Origin: Spongospora subterranea f. sp. subterranea
Lineage: Eukaryota
Direction: 5' to 3'
DNA: 64,000 nt
Assembly: GCA_049724395.1 (NCBI GenBank)
Contig: JAUGWO010000016.1
Location: forward strand, 62,001 to 126,000
In this document: piece after piece, positions 25,171-37,549 of the stretch
Layout of the letters: each line of letters begins with the position of its first letter
Numbering within the stretch: the stretch's first letter is position 1
Translations under genes and position numbers: made by a program
Notes under the pieces: generated by a model
Told to the model about the DNA's origin: nothing
The model's input: only the letters and a program-made list of their open reading frames with translations
Database searches by the model: none

Positions 25171-25412
25171 GAGACAGAGAGGGCGGAACCCGGAGGACGA
25201 CAGAGACAGAGAGGGCGGAACCCGGAGGACGACAGAGACAGAGAGGGCGGAACCCGGAGGACGACAGAGACAGAGAGGGCGGAACCCGGAGGACGACAGA
25301 GACAGAGAGGGCGGAACCCGGAGGACAGAGACACCCGGAGGACGACAGAGACAGAGGGCGGAACCCGGAAAACGACAGAGCCAGGGAGGGCGGAACCCGG
25401 AGGACGACAGAG
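25171..25412. repeat. Minisatellite, 32-bp unit GAGACAGAGAGGGCGGAACCCGGAGGACGACA, about 7 copies
   Basis: Units start at 25171, 25203, 25235, 25267 and 25299, followed by degenerate copies. Confidence 0.95.
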
Positions 25413-26377
25413 GGTGCCCCCCCCCGTCTGTCGGTCGGTCTGCTGGCCAACCCTAGTGTTAGCGCGGCCATTTACCACTGTCATGATGATGACCTACCCA
25501 CGTGTAACGCCGAATACACCCGGGTGTACACCGTGGACACTGGGTCAAGTGTGCACCCCTGTGGCCACGGCCTTCAATGGAGGACATGCAGTCACGGGTC
25601 GAGATTTGTTGACCTTTGCGATCATTTACCGTTTGACATCACGAAAAGGCGGCAGAACTCAAGAATCAGACAAGCTAGACAAAAGGTCAACCATCCCTGG
25701 TTGTCATCGCACCGACAACTGGACGTGGTCAATCAACAAGTATTATCATCATCTCTCATGCGGCAAAGCATAACTGGCAGTCGAGCAGCGCCGGGACGTC
25801 GTGTAGATAGCTCTTGATATCACCATGGGTCTCGAAGTGATCTTTGACATTGCCGCCGAGATCTTTTTGCGCAAAGTGACCAACGGCAGCTTCTCTATAC
25901 CAGAGATGTGAACTTGATCGAGGAATTCATTCGCCGCGTCCAGCACTGCCACGTCAAACTTCTGCTCATAATCGGTATCTTTGGTTAGTTCGATGAGCTG
26001 GTCACGGGTGGCTGAACTGAACTCGGCGGCCTTCAGTTTGTCCCAGTTTGGCGATTCAAGAAGCGCGTGTCGGCATCGTTCGTGTGATTAAGCTGCACTC
26101 TGAGTACAGTAGCCACAAAACGCCCAAATATTCTAGTGAAAATGCGAAGAATCAATGACATCAAAGGCTGATAACTGTTCCTTATGGTTGCCATTTTCGC
26201 ATATGGACCGGGACTATTATCGGACCTGAATGGTTTTGCGCTTCGAAGGAATACAAAGATCACGAATTTTGTTGAGTGATTTATCAGCGTAGATATTATT
26301 GGATGCCCCATAATCAATCAACCTTGCCATACAAATGTAGAGAATCTGCGACAAAAGAACAAAGAAAAAAACAGAAC

Positions 26378-26741
26378 ATGCGGTGGCGTATTCTGAGAGG
26401 AACGTTTCCTATGAGAAGAAACAAATTCAACGTTGTTATGAAAGCATGCTGTATATCAACCAATTTCGTTCACCGACATAGAATGAATATGTCAGTCATC
26501 GCTGACGATGAGTTCAAAACTCTGGCGAAAGATTTGATTAAAAATTAATAAATTAGTGTTCGACTTCAACATCTGACACATCGCCGTCCCACGCTCCGCC
26601 ATTAGCTTCTCCCAGATCTTCGACTGACATATTCATTCTATGTCGGTGAACGAAATTGGTTGATATACAGCATGCTTTCATAACAACGTTGAATTTGTTT
26701 CTTCTCATAGGAAACGTTCCTCCCAGAATACGCCACCGCAT
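26378..26741. repeat. Near-perfect 120-bp inverted duplication of the transposase 3' end
   Basis: 26378-26497 is the reverse complement of 26622-26741 with one mismatch seen; spacer 124 bp. Confidence 0.95.
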
Positions 26742-27812
26742 TTTGAGCCCTCCGATCCCCCACTCAACCTGTATACGCTTTCCAGCATGGCGCTTGTTGT
26801 AAGCGTCAAGGACTGGCCCGACGACGTCAACGTTTTCTCTGCGGTCTACTCGCCGCATTATGAACATATCTGCTCCGAGGTAACCGGCTGTAAATCCTGT
26901 AAGCATCGGAACACTTGACAACCGGTTTCCTTACGGTCCCCTAGCAGGTACTCAATATAGTCGCCGTCTCTGGTGAAATGATCTCGCCAATTCGAATACA
27001 GAGACGAATCTCGTAAAATGGTTACATCATGGTAGCAACCAGCGTACCCGGGATCGACATAAATTATGAAGCCGTCATGTCCACCACAATAGTATTGTTG
27101 AACGCGTATATCTTCTTGCGTCGCGTATAGTATCTTTGTGATAGCTCTGCCGTCATTTTCGGGCGATTTATTTTTACTAGTGTCCCATCAATGAGTCCAA
27201 TGCAACCTTGGAATTCTGGCTCTTTTAGCCCTAATATCACACGACGTTGGGCGTCAGGCCACTGAAGTTCGTTGCTCATATTGGCGACTATGAGTTGATA
27301 GATAAAAAAGCAATCATCGCAGGCGGATGACCTTGACCAGTTCCATCGAACAGCTTCATCCCTGGTGGTCTGATCCTAATACACAAATCGGATGTCATTT
27401 CAAAGAAACATTACACAAAATACCTTTTTCATAAACAAAATGCAACTCAGCAATCTCTGCGAGGGAATGAGCTTGCAGTCGCGACCGTGGGGGCTTCGCA
27501 GCTGTCCAGTGGAAGCCCGTGCTGTTGTCAGGATAATCGGGCAGAGTATTTGGCAGAGCGCTTTCCATTCCGTCAGGTTGAATCCAGTCTGCGTGTAGAA
27601 GATTGATACATGTGAGGCAGAAATCTCAGCCAAAAAGTTTCGAACAGGAACTTCAGGGTTGACACTGAAATCACCATCACGATCGTCCGGCAGCTCATCA
27701 TCGTCGGATTCCATTAACTGATAGGCACTAGCGGCTGCATACAAACGTGTTGCATCTGCGTCAGGATTGTTAATACAGCACTCACAACCATCTCATGTCG
27801 AATATCGTTCAT
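26553..27812 (-). mobile_element. PIF/Harbinger DDE transposase (HARBI1/DDE_Tnp_4-like) with introns and at least two 1-bp frameshifts
   Basis: FQGCIGLIDGTLVKINRP, YYTRRKKIYAFNNTIVVD, IYVDPGYAGCYHD, YLLGD|AGY and YNKRHAGKRIQVEWGIGGLKMRWRIL; the D-D-E residues are present. Confidence 0.9.
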
Positions 27813-27823
27813 ATTTTTATTTA

Positions 27824-29038
27824 GAGTCTGGTTCAAGTAAGAAATATAGATGAATAAATAGAGGTCAACAAAAACTCCGCGGTTAAAATAGAATTTTAGC
27901 GATATTACTCTCTGACTGTAGATTAATTCATCTGTATTTAATTTGCGAGATGGACATCAACTTGCTGCCGGACGATTGTAACGATGAGCAGGAACAAGTA
28001 ATTTATCCTGTCCCAGTCCTTGTTATCATTCCTTCAAGAAAAGGGGACGCCCGAAGAAGGAATCGGTTTCTTGCAATGGAAAAGATATCAGCGTTCCCAG
28101 TGTTTGGAGGATTATGTCGGAGAATAAACTAACTTACAAGGTACGATGATTGAGGTCCGTTGCTTGTCATTGATGAAATCTACGTTCGTATCGCAGTACA
28201 TAGAGCGTTGTGCAATCCAGATCAGCCGCAAAGATATAATTCGATTTTTCAACGAGCTGAAAGCAATTGATTGGACGCATGCAACGTTGACGTTTCTCTA
28301 CGAAGTTTCATTCGACAATCGTGGAATGCTCCGTCGTCGAGATTATGCTCTGAAGGTACAGGATGTGGATGACCAAATGCAGTGCTGCGAAATTTCAGCG
28401 CAGCCCGGACAAGTGACGCAGTTTTCGTCGCGAATATTTCATTTCTCCCGAAAACAACAATACCTTCTTCATAAACAAAATGCAACTCAGCAATCTCTGC
28501 GAGGGGGTGAGCTTGCAGTCGCGACCGTGGGGGCTTCGCAGCTGTCCAGTGGAACGTGTTGTTGTCAGGATAATCTCCAGATACACACGAGCTTTGATCA
28601 TCCAAACACTGCAATGCTTTTCCTGGCCACGTTGCCTGCAGACTATCCACATCAGCGGACCGAGCTGTGTGCAGGAAGTTTCGAAACTCGGCAAATCCAT
28701 TCCTGCAAACTAGAGTAAATATTTCTTATAAAGGTAGATCGTCATGCACATACCAGCTGACAGCGATGAATTGACTATAGCATTAAATGACTCGCTGTGA
28801 GAAATTGCATCATCCACATCAATATCTTTGGTGATGTTAAGTACTTTTCGAACGCGCGCCGCGAGCGAATTTACAACTGCGTCGTCTTCGACTGCAGAAA
28901 GTTGATGTCCATCTCGCAAATTAAATACAGATGAATTAATCTACAGTCAGAGAGTTATATCGCTAAAATTCTACTTTAACCGCGGAGTTTTTGTTGACCT
29001 CTATTTATTCATCTATATTTCTTACTTGAACCAGGCTC
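27824..29038. mobile_element. Non-autonomous Harbinger-like element with 140-bp terminal inverted repeats, carrying a transposase fragment
   Basis: 27824-27963 and 28899-29038 are inverted copies (about 3 mismatches), flanked by TTA and TAA. Internal 28459-28575 is a diverged copy of 27419-27538 from the adjacent transposase. Confidence 0.8.
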
Positions 29039-31451
29039 TAATAACGGCAGATATCGATCGACGCAAAGACCCTCTTAGTTAGCGGAGCCTCCACATGAAC
29101 GTAAAGTATGAACGTAAAGGTTTTATGTACTCTTTTCCGGACAGGTCCTAAAAAATGGTAAAAGTCCGCGGCATGGCAAAAATGCCTTGTCAAACGATAC
29201 GTTCATTTACGGACAGGTCTATTGTTTGGCGAAAATATATGTTGGCCGTGGTAGATTTTGATAAAAACATTGCATCAGTGGTTCTGGACATCATTACCGA
29301 CATCAAGGACGTCCTTAAAGTTTTCCGGCCGCATTCACATCGGACCTAGGCCATCCGATGTCCTCATTTAGTCCTGCTCTTGCACAGGGCATCATCCAGC
29401 TGTATTAGCACACAGGTACCTCGTGCCCCAGCACATGATTCAACGCCGATCGCTGTCTACTATCGATTCTGTTGATAAAACCAAGATCAGATTTCCTGCA
29501 TCGCTCTCATCTGCTGCCATCGAGCAACGCTTCTTCGCTCAAATAGTCCCAGGACGTACATCGCTGAGTCGTTCTTTCAAACACCCGTCCAGCAATGAGC
29601 GATCAAATTGTCTCCTTCCAACAGGCGACATCGCCGACGGAATATAACTTCGACGAAAGGAACGCAGTAAGGGGCATGAAATGGGTCATGCCATAATATC
29701 ATGGTGGGCAATGAGATGCCGCCGTGCTCGGGAACCACGAACATTCCTCAGCAAACCCCGAACACACAACTGAGCGACGTGCGCCAACTTGAAGGCAGTT
29801 GTGTTTCGGTCAGCGGGTTGAGATGGCAACTGCTGGATGAAGAGACCTTGTGATCGTTCATCGCGGGGGAGGGGATCTCATTGACGATGGTCGGCATGAT
29901 TATATTCCGATTGTCTCCCGCCCTCTTTCGTGATTTTTGGTTCTACTGCTCAAAACGCGTTCGACATTGATGCAGTTTAGAAATCCTCATTCCATGACGT
30001 ATCGTCTGCTATATTCTGCTGCATGGACAGAAGCAGGTCTCGGTCCCTGTGTGATCGTATCTAAGTGATATTCAGCTGTTGCAGCACGATCAGGATCATC
30101 AAATACTCGATATTTTTCATCAAAAACCGCATATCGTATACATCGCTGGATCATTAAATCCCATCAAGGAGTCGCTAATCCGAAAACAGGGCCCTTCAGC
30201 AGGCCGATTGATTATGGAAACATTGTCCAGATCTAGAATAGGTGACCGACCCGAGCAACTTTACGCTGGCCGATCATCAGACCTGTTTTCGTTGAGTGTT
30301 TGATCACCCGAGCCGGGTTCCAACAGCTGAACATCGAATAGACCAGGATCTCGACCTGCTTCTGTCGATGCTGCAGAATCGCACCAAACCATTAACACAT
30401 CATGGAATATGAACCTGAAACGATTGGCCAATCCCGACAGGATTGACGACGAATCTCGCGCTTCACGATCCACGAAACACTCGGCGAACGTCAGTCGACC
30501 AACACCACTATTCTGCATTGACACCCGGATTTGTGAGCGGGATCACACGTTAAAGGGGGTGGGAGACACGAAGAAATTATCGAAGTTCAGCAGTTTGTCA
30601 CCCGATCCGGGTCATGAAACACGCGACATTTGTCGTTGAAGCGACCAACATTCTACAGAGGTCAATCGTTGGATTCCATCGCGTCGCCGATCTTCCGTCT
30701 CCTATCCAGACTCTTGGTCCTTTCCCCAAACGATTTCCAGTGATTGATGGGCCGGATCGGGTTCATCGATTAGACCGGTTCGCACAGGAATGTCGACCTG
30801 CTTCTGTCTATGCTGTAGAATGGCCTCGGCGCGCCGGGACAGTAGAATACCTCACAATCTCCCTTTCGATTGCCGCTCATTGGGTATCAATCCGTAAATC
30901 AGCAGGCATCAAAGAAGTTCATCACTCAAATCTTTCCAGATTACTTCAAACGACCAAGATACGCTGACGTTTTCTGGACTACACATCGGAAGGCTTTGCA
31001 ACGAGAAACCATCGAAATACCTGTTCATACTGACCCATTGCTACGAAACACATCAATTCGATGGTCTGGCAGCTCGCTAGGTCCCATTCTCTGTCATAAC
31101 CGCCTCGATGGGTGTCTGAATTGTGTTTCGCCACGTAATCCAAAAAGGGGGGAGTGATTGTGATTCCCGTATTTGAGTCACTCTGAAAAGGGACAACATC
31201 ATCTTACCCCTTCTTCCGAACCCGATCCTTTTGGCATTATCTACGATAGACACCGGTTCCACACAGACAGAATCGCAGCAGAGCCTGCCAGGTTGTACCA
31301 CCATTGACTACAAAACGACCTGGTCCATGATTTGTTGAGGCAAATTCAATCATTGGTACGACAGGGAGACCTAATAAACTTCTCAAGGATCAGGTAAAGC
31401 CAATGTACCTTAAGAGGAACTCTGTTCGACAGATATTCTACTCTATAGACT

Positions 31452-31826
31452 TTATTCAATGGTGAGATTGGGTGGTAAATTAACTGGCGTATTGGCTATT
31501 TCAATTGCCTTGATCTGTTCTTCAAGGAAATTTGATAGATCTGAGGGCGATCGAATCGTGGATAAAGATCTCGAGGGAATAGGGACTTTGAACTCCTCTG
31601 AACATTTCCAAATCACCTATGTAAAATACGATCAATAACCGATTAAAATCGTTTGTCTGCGCCATGATACCTCTGTCTTAACATCCAGATTCGACCAAGG
31701 CTCCGCTGGCGATGAGATTTGATGAGCATTGGCGATCCTGATCACCGCTGCGGGGACGGCAGAGATGGATTGTGTGGCCGACGATACCATACGCCTCGAT
31801 ATCCTGGATACGTTGGATAGCGCCAT
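31452..31826 (-). CDS. MRPL50: Mitochondrial ribosomal protein mL50-like, 2 exons (intron 31617-31670)
   Basis: Arg/Ser-rich presequence MALSNVSRISRR, then LDVKTE|VIWKCSEEFKVPIPSRSLSTIRSPSDLSNF and the C-terminal LPPNLTIE* typical of mL50. Confidence 0.65.
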
Positions 31827-32545
31827 TGTGGATTGCGGATGGTCAACTCCCCGACTGGGATAGGTTCCGTTGATCGAAGGCGGATCCCGATCCTGAACTT
31901 TTTGCCGGGAACGACCCTGGCCCGGCCGACAGTGGTGTGTGTTGTCGCAATTGCCGGATATCCAGTACAGGGTGTAGTGCAGCCTTCTCTGACCTGGACT
32001 GGAACATGCGTCATGATGAATGGGCTACCAGGCAGCCAGATATCAACATCTAAACGACTTCTCATCGATAGGAAATTACTTCTCCCTTTTCGGATTAACA
32101 AACGATTTTCTATTCAATCATGCGATTTTATCGATTTTATAATATTGGTTCGTCGTAGTTGTGAATTTTTGTTGTATGCGTTCTTTATCAAAACGATTTC
32201 GCAATGCCTGATACTATAATCGATCGGATCCTAGGCGGTCGTCGTCGATTGCATCTTAGGCTGATTGAGTTGATCCCGACCATTGGTCCCCCCCCCACCG
32301 GCCATACACACACTGTACCCGGTCCCTGGCCCATGTTGCTGTACATATACGCGACTGATCTGACCGTGGTAGGTCTACCGTTACCTGTACAGTGTACACA
32401 CGTTACGACACGGGCCCAACGGCACTTGGCCAACTCCTGTCCCGTTTTATCGTCGTATGTCGGTAGTACCGGCCGCGCGTTGGCAACTTCCTACGTTCCG
32501 GCCGTATTCCTCCCCATACAACGCGGCCTGGTTCCTATCTAGTTC

Positions 32546-33274
32546 ATGGAAGGGTTCGGATGGCCGCAATCAATCGATAACACCGTTAATGAACGGCACC
32601 AATATGGGCGGAAAATTCTCACCAACGGAATTGAGTCGTGCAAAAAACTGGTGGGGTTCTCCCGCCGCATTGTCGTCGCATCTACTGCTTTGTCGCTCGA
32701 ACTCAGCGTACATGGTAAAGGAGGGGCGTCATTCTCTGTCGAGGAAATACTACAACCTGGAGAAACGACGGCCAACTCGTGGAGATTTCTATTCTCGGTC
32801 AACGATCGCCTCTCTGGATTTCATTCCGAACTGGCCAAGAAGTTAATCACTCAGGTGTGCAATCCTTTGAGGGATATTATCATGCTAATGGAGGGGGAAC
32901 TCGCTGCCCTTGACGAAGAATCGATCAACGACAAGATCAGCGTTATGAAGGATAAAATCGCCACGAGGCGCCAGGCGTGCGATGTCGCCTTGACGACGGT
33001 GAAATCGTTTGTTCCCTATAAAGGGACGTCGCCCATCGCCAAAATCCGCCGCGAAGAGGAGTTCGGACGAAGGCTCAAGGTCGTCGAGGAATGCTATCGG
33101 AACTACGAGGCGATCGTCAGCTCGTGCAACGCCACGGTCGCCAGCTTCATGGAGAACGTCCAGGACCCGCGCCTGAGGGCGATCGAGGAGGTGGAGTTGT
33201 GTCGGCAACAGATGATCAGCGATATATCGAATAGATTAGAGGTCATGGGGCACATGCTGCCCAATACCATATGA
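32546..33274 (+). CDS. F-BAR/FCH-like helical protein (may have a short upstream exon)
   Basis: GIESCKKLVGFSRR..GETTANSWRFL..RLSGFHSELAKKLITQVCNPLRD..YEAIVSSCNA..RAIEEVELCR matches the F-BAR helix pattern. Confidence 0.55.
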   Translation: MEGFGWPQSIDNTVNERHQYGRKILTNGIESCKKLVGFSRRIVVASTALSLELSVHGKGGASFSVEEILQPGETTANSWRFLFSVNDRLSGFHSELAKKLITQVCNPLRDIIMLMEGELAALDEESINDKISVMKDKIATRRQACDVALTTVKSFVPYKGTSPIAKIRREEEFGRRLKVVEECYRNYEAIVSSCNATVASFMENVQDPRLRAIEEVELCRQQMISDISNRLEVMGHMLPNTI

Positions 33275-33312
33275 TAAACTCCCCCATCGTCATCATTGGC
33301 CTCCTCCGTTAC

Positions 33313-34942
33313 CTATAGCTTTAGCGCCAACATAATGTTGTTCATTGACTCGATCTCGACCGACGCCTGCCATAACTGTTGTGAAAAACAACGAATTCAA
33401 TTTCGCCCCGGAAACCGTTGCATATCCTCTCACTGACCAGGAAATCGATTTCCGTCATGTCGTTGTCGTCGATTTGCTGTCCGATCTTATCGAGTTGCGC
33501 CTTCAACGGGCCCAGTTTCGCGTTCACTCCGTCGAACTCGTCCGAGACCATCAGCTTTGGCGATTTCGCTTTCGCCGCGAGTCGGTCGTAGAACTTCATC
33601 AGCCCTACGATTGAACCGGTGGGTGAGAACACGGCGGTGATCGGATCGGTTCCCCCCTCCGACCTTGGAAATCCCTTTGCGCGCGGTCGACGGTGCTGTA
33701 GATCGACAAAACGGTTAATCCCACTAGCGACAACGCCATTTCACACAACAACACAGAATTACTAGGTCCGTCTCGTGGGGCTCTTCCCATCGGCCGCCGC
33801 CGCCGCCGCCGGATCCGTTCGGATCATCTTCAGTCCGACGATCAGTTCCGTCAGTTCCTCCAACTAGAACCGCCCCCAAAACACGAACAATCAATCAGTG
33901 GGTGATCTGACCGAGTGAAACTGGCGATCGCCACCTCATTGTTATTGGCCGCCTGGATCAACGCCGCCAGGCCCTGGACCCAGCAATTGTGCTCCGTATT
34001 GCTGAATGGAAATGACACAACAGACCGATCAGCGAATCAGTTTCCGACGACCCGTGGTCGACCCACGAAAACCAACGTACTTCTTGGCGACCACATCCAG
34101 CGTTTTATACCGATCGTACACGATGGAGAACGAGGCTTTAGCCAGTTCAGGCGACGCGTGTCGTTGGAATTTGGATGTGCATTGGCCCACGATTACGCGA
34201 TCGATCGATCGAACGTCGATCTGGGTCGATTTCTTCGCCTGTAAACGACGATGATCGAGAGACGTTCCCGGGAAAAACGATTCGATATTGGGCGCGAGAC
34301 CTTGTTCTTGGACGACCAGATGATCTTGGTGTTGTCCTGCGACAGCCGAAACGGGCGGAAATGGGGAACGCCCCAATGCCCGTACTTCAGGAACGACGTC
34401 CCGTCCTTCATCATCTTGAGCGCGTCCATCTCCTGGACGTACTCCCGGTTCGGGTCGAGGTTCTCGGACATCGCCCGCCCGCGTCGGGCGACCGGCCTGG
34501 GCGGCGGCGGCCGATCGGGAACCTGCGATCGATTGGCGGCGGCGTCCTCGTGCGATAAACTGCCGCGATGGGTTTTCTCCAGACCGTGATCGCTATCGGA
34601 TGATGATTTCGACCCATCGTCGTTCTCCTCCTCTATCGGCACTCGCGCCGCCGGCCGATTGCCGATGGCGACGGGATCCATTTTGATGACGGGCTCCGAT
34701 GTGTGGCGAACGTGATCATTACGGGCTGGCGATGGATTGGGTTTGAAATCGAACAGATCCACCTCCTTCGCGTCGAAATCGAACACGTCGAACGACGTGG
34801 TGGATTTCGCCGAGATCGGATCGGTGTCGAACGGGTTCGACGATGACGGTTTGGGAATATCGCCAGAGGCGATCGTGGTCGACGGAATTCGCCGGCGAGT
34901 TTTATTGCTGGCTCGCGGCGCCAGGATGCGGATCGACGCCAT
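33313..34942 (-). CDS. PH-domain protein (PLC-delta/Num1/PRAF-type PH) with a C-terminal helical region, multi-exon
   Basis: ALKMMKDGTSFLKYGHWGVPHFRPFRLSQDNTKIIWSS..IDVRSIDRVIVGQCTSKFQR..SFSIVYD..TLDVVAK..CWVQGLAALI; an NPF motif lies in the N-terminal region. Confidence 0.75.
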
Positions 34943-35492
34943 GGCTCTGGTACCTGCGTGGAGATATATCGAATGGGGGCACACGCCACAACCATCATCA
35001 CCATCATCATCACCTTCCTGGCCCCATCAGGTCGATTGGCAAAAAAACAGACAGATTGACGATCACCGCCAGTTTTATTGATGACGTTTTTCGAGCAAAC
35101 AATCACGGAATCCGACTCAGATCCTGATCGTGATCAATTTCCCGGCTATTTCTGCCACTTCCGACCAACGCCTTTGTGTTGCAGATATCGTTAATCCCCT
35201 TTGAATTTCTGAAGACATTACCCGCAGGAATGGCGGAAAACGGCCATTCAAATAACGAAATGTTCAGGGGATTTTGTTGATTTGGAAGGGGGGCGTGGCG
35301 AAGGGCGGCGGTTGATGAAGTTAAATTAGGGGTATTGTGTATTGTATTGCACACGAGTTGACGATCGTGTCGATCATCGGTGTTATCGCCGATCCGTCCG
35401 CGGTCGTCGGCGATTGCAATGCGAGATCCTGAACACACAACAACAACATAAAACCCGATCAGATCGCCGAACCTTGGCCAACAACGTCAATG

Positions 35493-36194
35493 TCAAATGT
35501 TCCCGACCTTCTCGGTCAGATTATATGAACGGGATCCCGATTCAATCATATCGATGACGAGATCGATACGATCTGTGGTGAAGTTCGGGTCGTTCCTGAT
35601 CGCGTCAATGTCGTCGGCGTGATCGTCTGTGAATCTGGATTTGTATTGAACCAGGAAATTCTTCGACACCCGATCGCGATTCAGCTCCGGATCCTGATAC
35701 AATCGCTCATTGTTGCTGGACGCCATCTCCATCTCGTATCTCTGCGATATTTCGGTTCAAATTCAATAAACGGGTCGATTGGCAGTTTTGGGGTTTACGA
35801 GTTGATCCAATGAGAGAAACGCTTCGCGTATCAGACGAGTTAATCCATTAGCGATCAGACGATAGGTCTCGGATCGAACCTGATCGGATATCGACTGGTC
35901 GCCAACCAGATCGGCCAACTGATGGAATAACGAGTCGCCAGTTGATACAAACGACTTGGCGATATGAGGGAGGATCAGGTGAATCCGGTTGATCGACGAT
36001 ATTAGCGAGATCTCCAAGTCGGACAGGCGACGCCACAGGACCGGATCGGGCAGTCCCTGTAGAATATTGACGATGACTCCCTGATCGTCGACATCGGCGA
36101 TCGACCGGACCCGATCGTGATCACGAGAGGGCGATATCGGCTCATCGGTCAATGACGATAACTCCTCGGCCCATCTCTCGATTGCCTCCAACAT
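35493..36194 (-). CDS. Protein with a C-terminal Rsa3-like (ribosome assembly) domain, at least 2 exons
   Basis: NFLVQYKSRFTDDHADDIDAIRNDPNFTTDRIDLVIDMIESG resembles the Rsa3 motif (F..YY...T.EF.DDLDK.R...DF....L..L..G). Confidence 0.55.
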
Positions 36195-36839
36195 GATTTC
36201 CGTCCCTTGTTGGGGATTCCTCCGTGGTTGCCAAATAGAGCGGCCTCTTTCCGACTCTACGGACTAATTTACAGTCCGAGAACGGACCCCGTCACGGACA
36301 GTACAACAGAGAAAAACATCGAAACGGCGCTTGGAAAACCGTTTCGTTTGATAAAACCAGCGAGTATTTTTGGACCGTCTTTTTTGTTTCAGTGGGTGAT
36401 CATTATTTCATTGAGAGGGCGTTCAGGGGAGGGGGTGTTGAGAGCGTTTCGATAAATTAGGGACAGAGTGGTGACAGATTTTATTGGGAACTGAGCGGAA
36501 AACACGATTATTATCAAGATGGTCTTATAATAATCCATCACTATTGCATAGCTGTACCATGACGACTGTCAAACGCATTCGGCATTGATCTAGTACTTTG
36601 GTGTCGCTTGTGAATGTCGTTTCCTGGCAACTTCTTGGGCAGTTGAAGCATCAAACAAATATTCACGGTGTACCATTCAGTAGTAGATCGCCGAATACGA
36701 CCCCCACAAAAAGTTGTCTTATTTGGAGGTCACAATTCCGTAATGAACTAGTAAAATGTGGTGACAATGTGAATAATCTGTGATATACAGTGTTTAGTTT
36801 TACGGCACAAAAAAAAAAAACACCTAAAACTTGTTGAGG

Positions 36840-37085
36840 TTGGGATTGTCGATCTAATTGAAACCCGTGGAAATGGCAGACTCGGTCAATATTAGTTCAC
36901 CGAATAAAGACCACAGAAAGTTGTCCCATCTGGCGGTTCACAATTCTGTAGTGATATAGTGACTGTTGGTCTCGAAGTCCATATCCGCCGTTTGAGGGAC
37001 CGACTTTATCTTCTTAGGAATCCTGTCACTTGCAGTGACCGAATCTACCATTTCCACGGATTTCAGTGAAATCGACAATCCCAAA
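36840..37085. repeat. MITE-like structure with about 50-bp imperfect inverted repeats
   Basis: ttgggattgtcgatctaattgaaacccgtggaaatggcagactcggtca is mirrored at 37036-37085; an internal segment is also repeated at about 36690-36750. Confidence 0.6.
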
Positions 37086-37549
37086 TGAACTTAATTCCAA
37101 TCGAACAATCGATACACGACCTAACTCATGAGTCACGAACTTAATTCCATCAAAAATTGATCCATCTCAAGATTCGGTAGGCCAATTATCGCGAGGTTTA
37201 GACTAGGAAAATGACGCTATGTCCAATAGGCCTGAAAACTTTGACACCGCGCGAACAATTACTGTAAACTTCATGTCAATTTGGCTCGACCTTGAAAACC
37301 GCATATTTCGATTCCCATATCCCCTTTTATCCGCTGTTCGAAGTGGATATTGATCGTTAACGTACTCCTGTATGTTCTATTGCGCAATCTATTCTATTTT
37401 TCGTAAAATAGAATAGATGGTCTCCCACCGGACAATTCTAAATTGAAATTCTAATTTCTATTTTTTCCACGGATGTTCTATTTTGGGTATTTTGGGACCA
37501 AAATAGCACCAATCTAGTCCATTTCTATTCAGTCTGAGCAGTATTTCGA

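Noticed and set aside
25171..25412. CRISPR-like appearance of the 32-bp repeat (also the 28-bp array at 46933-47219)
   Set aside because: The units are head-to-tail with no unique spacers, there are no cas genes, and the context is eukaryotic.
24847..25773. 308-aa ORF and other ORFs crossing the minisatellites
   Set aside because: They stay open because the repeat lacks stop codons, and this one overlaps a better gene on the opposite strand.
25750..26090. Minus-strand open stretch (..LLESPNWDKLKA..FDVAVLDAANEF..), possibly a hAT or Harbinger accessory fragment
   Set aside because: No diagnostic motif; similarity too weak to call.
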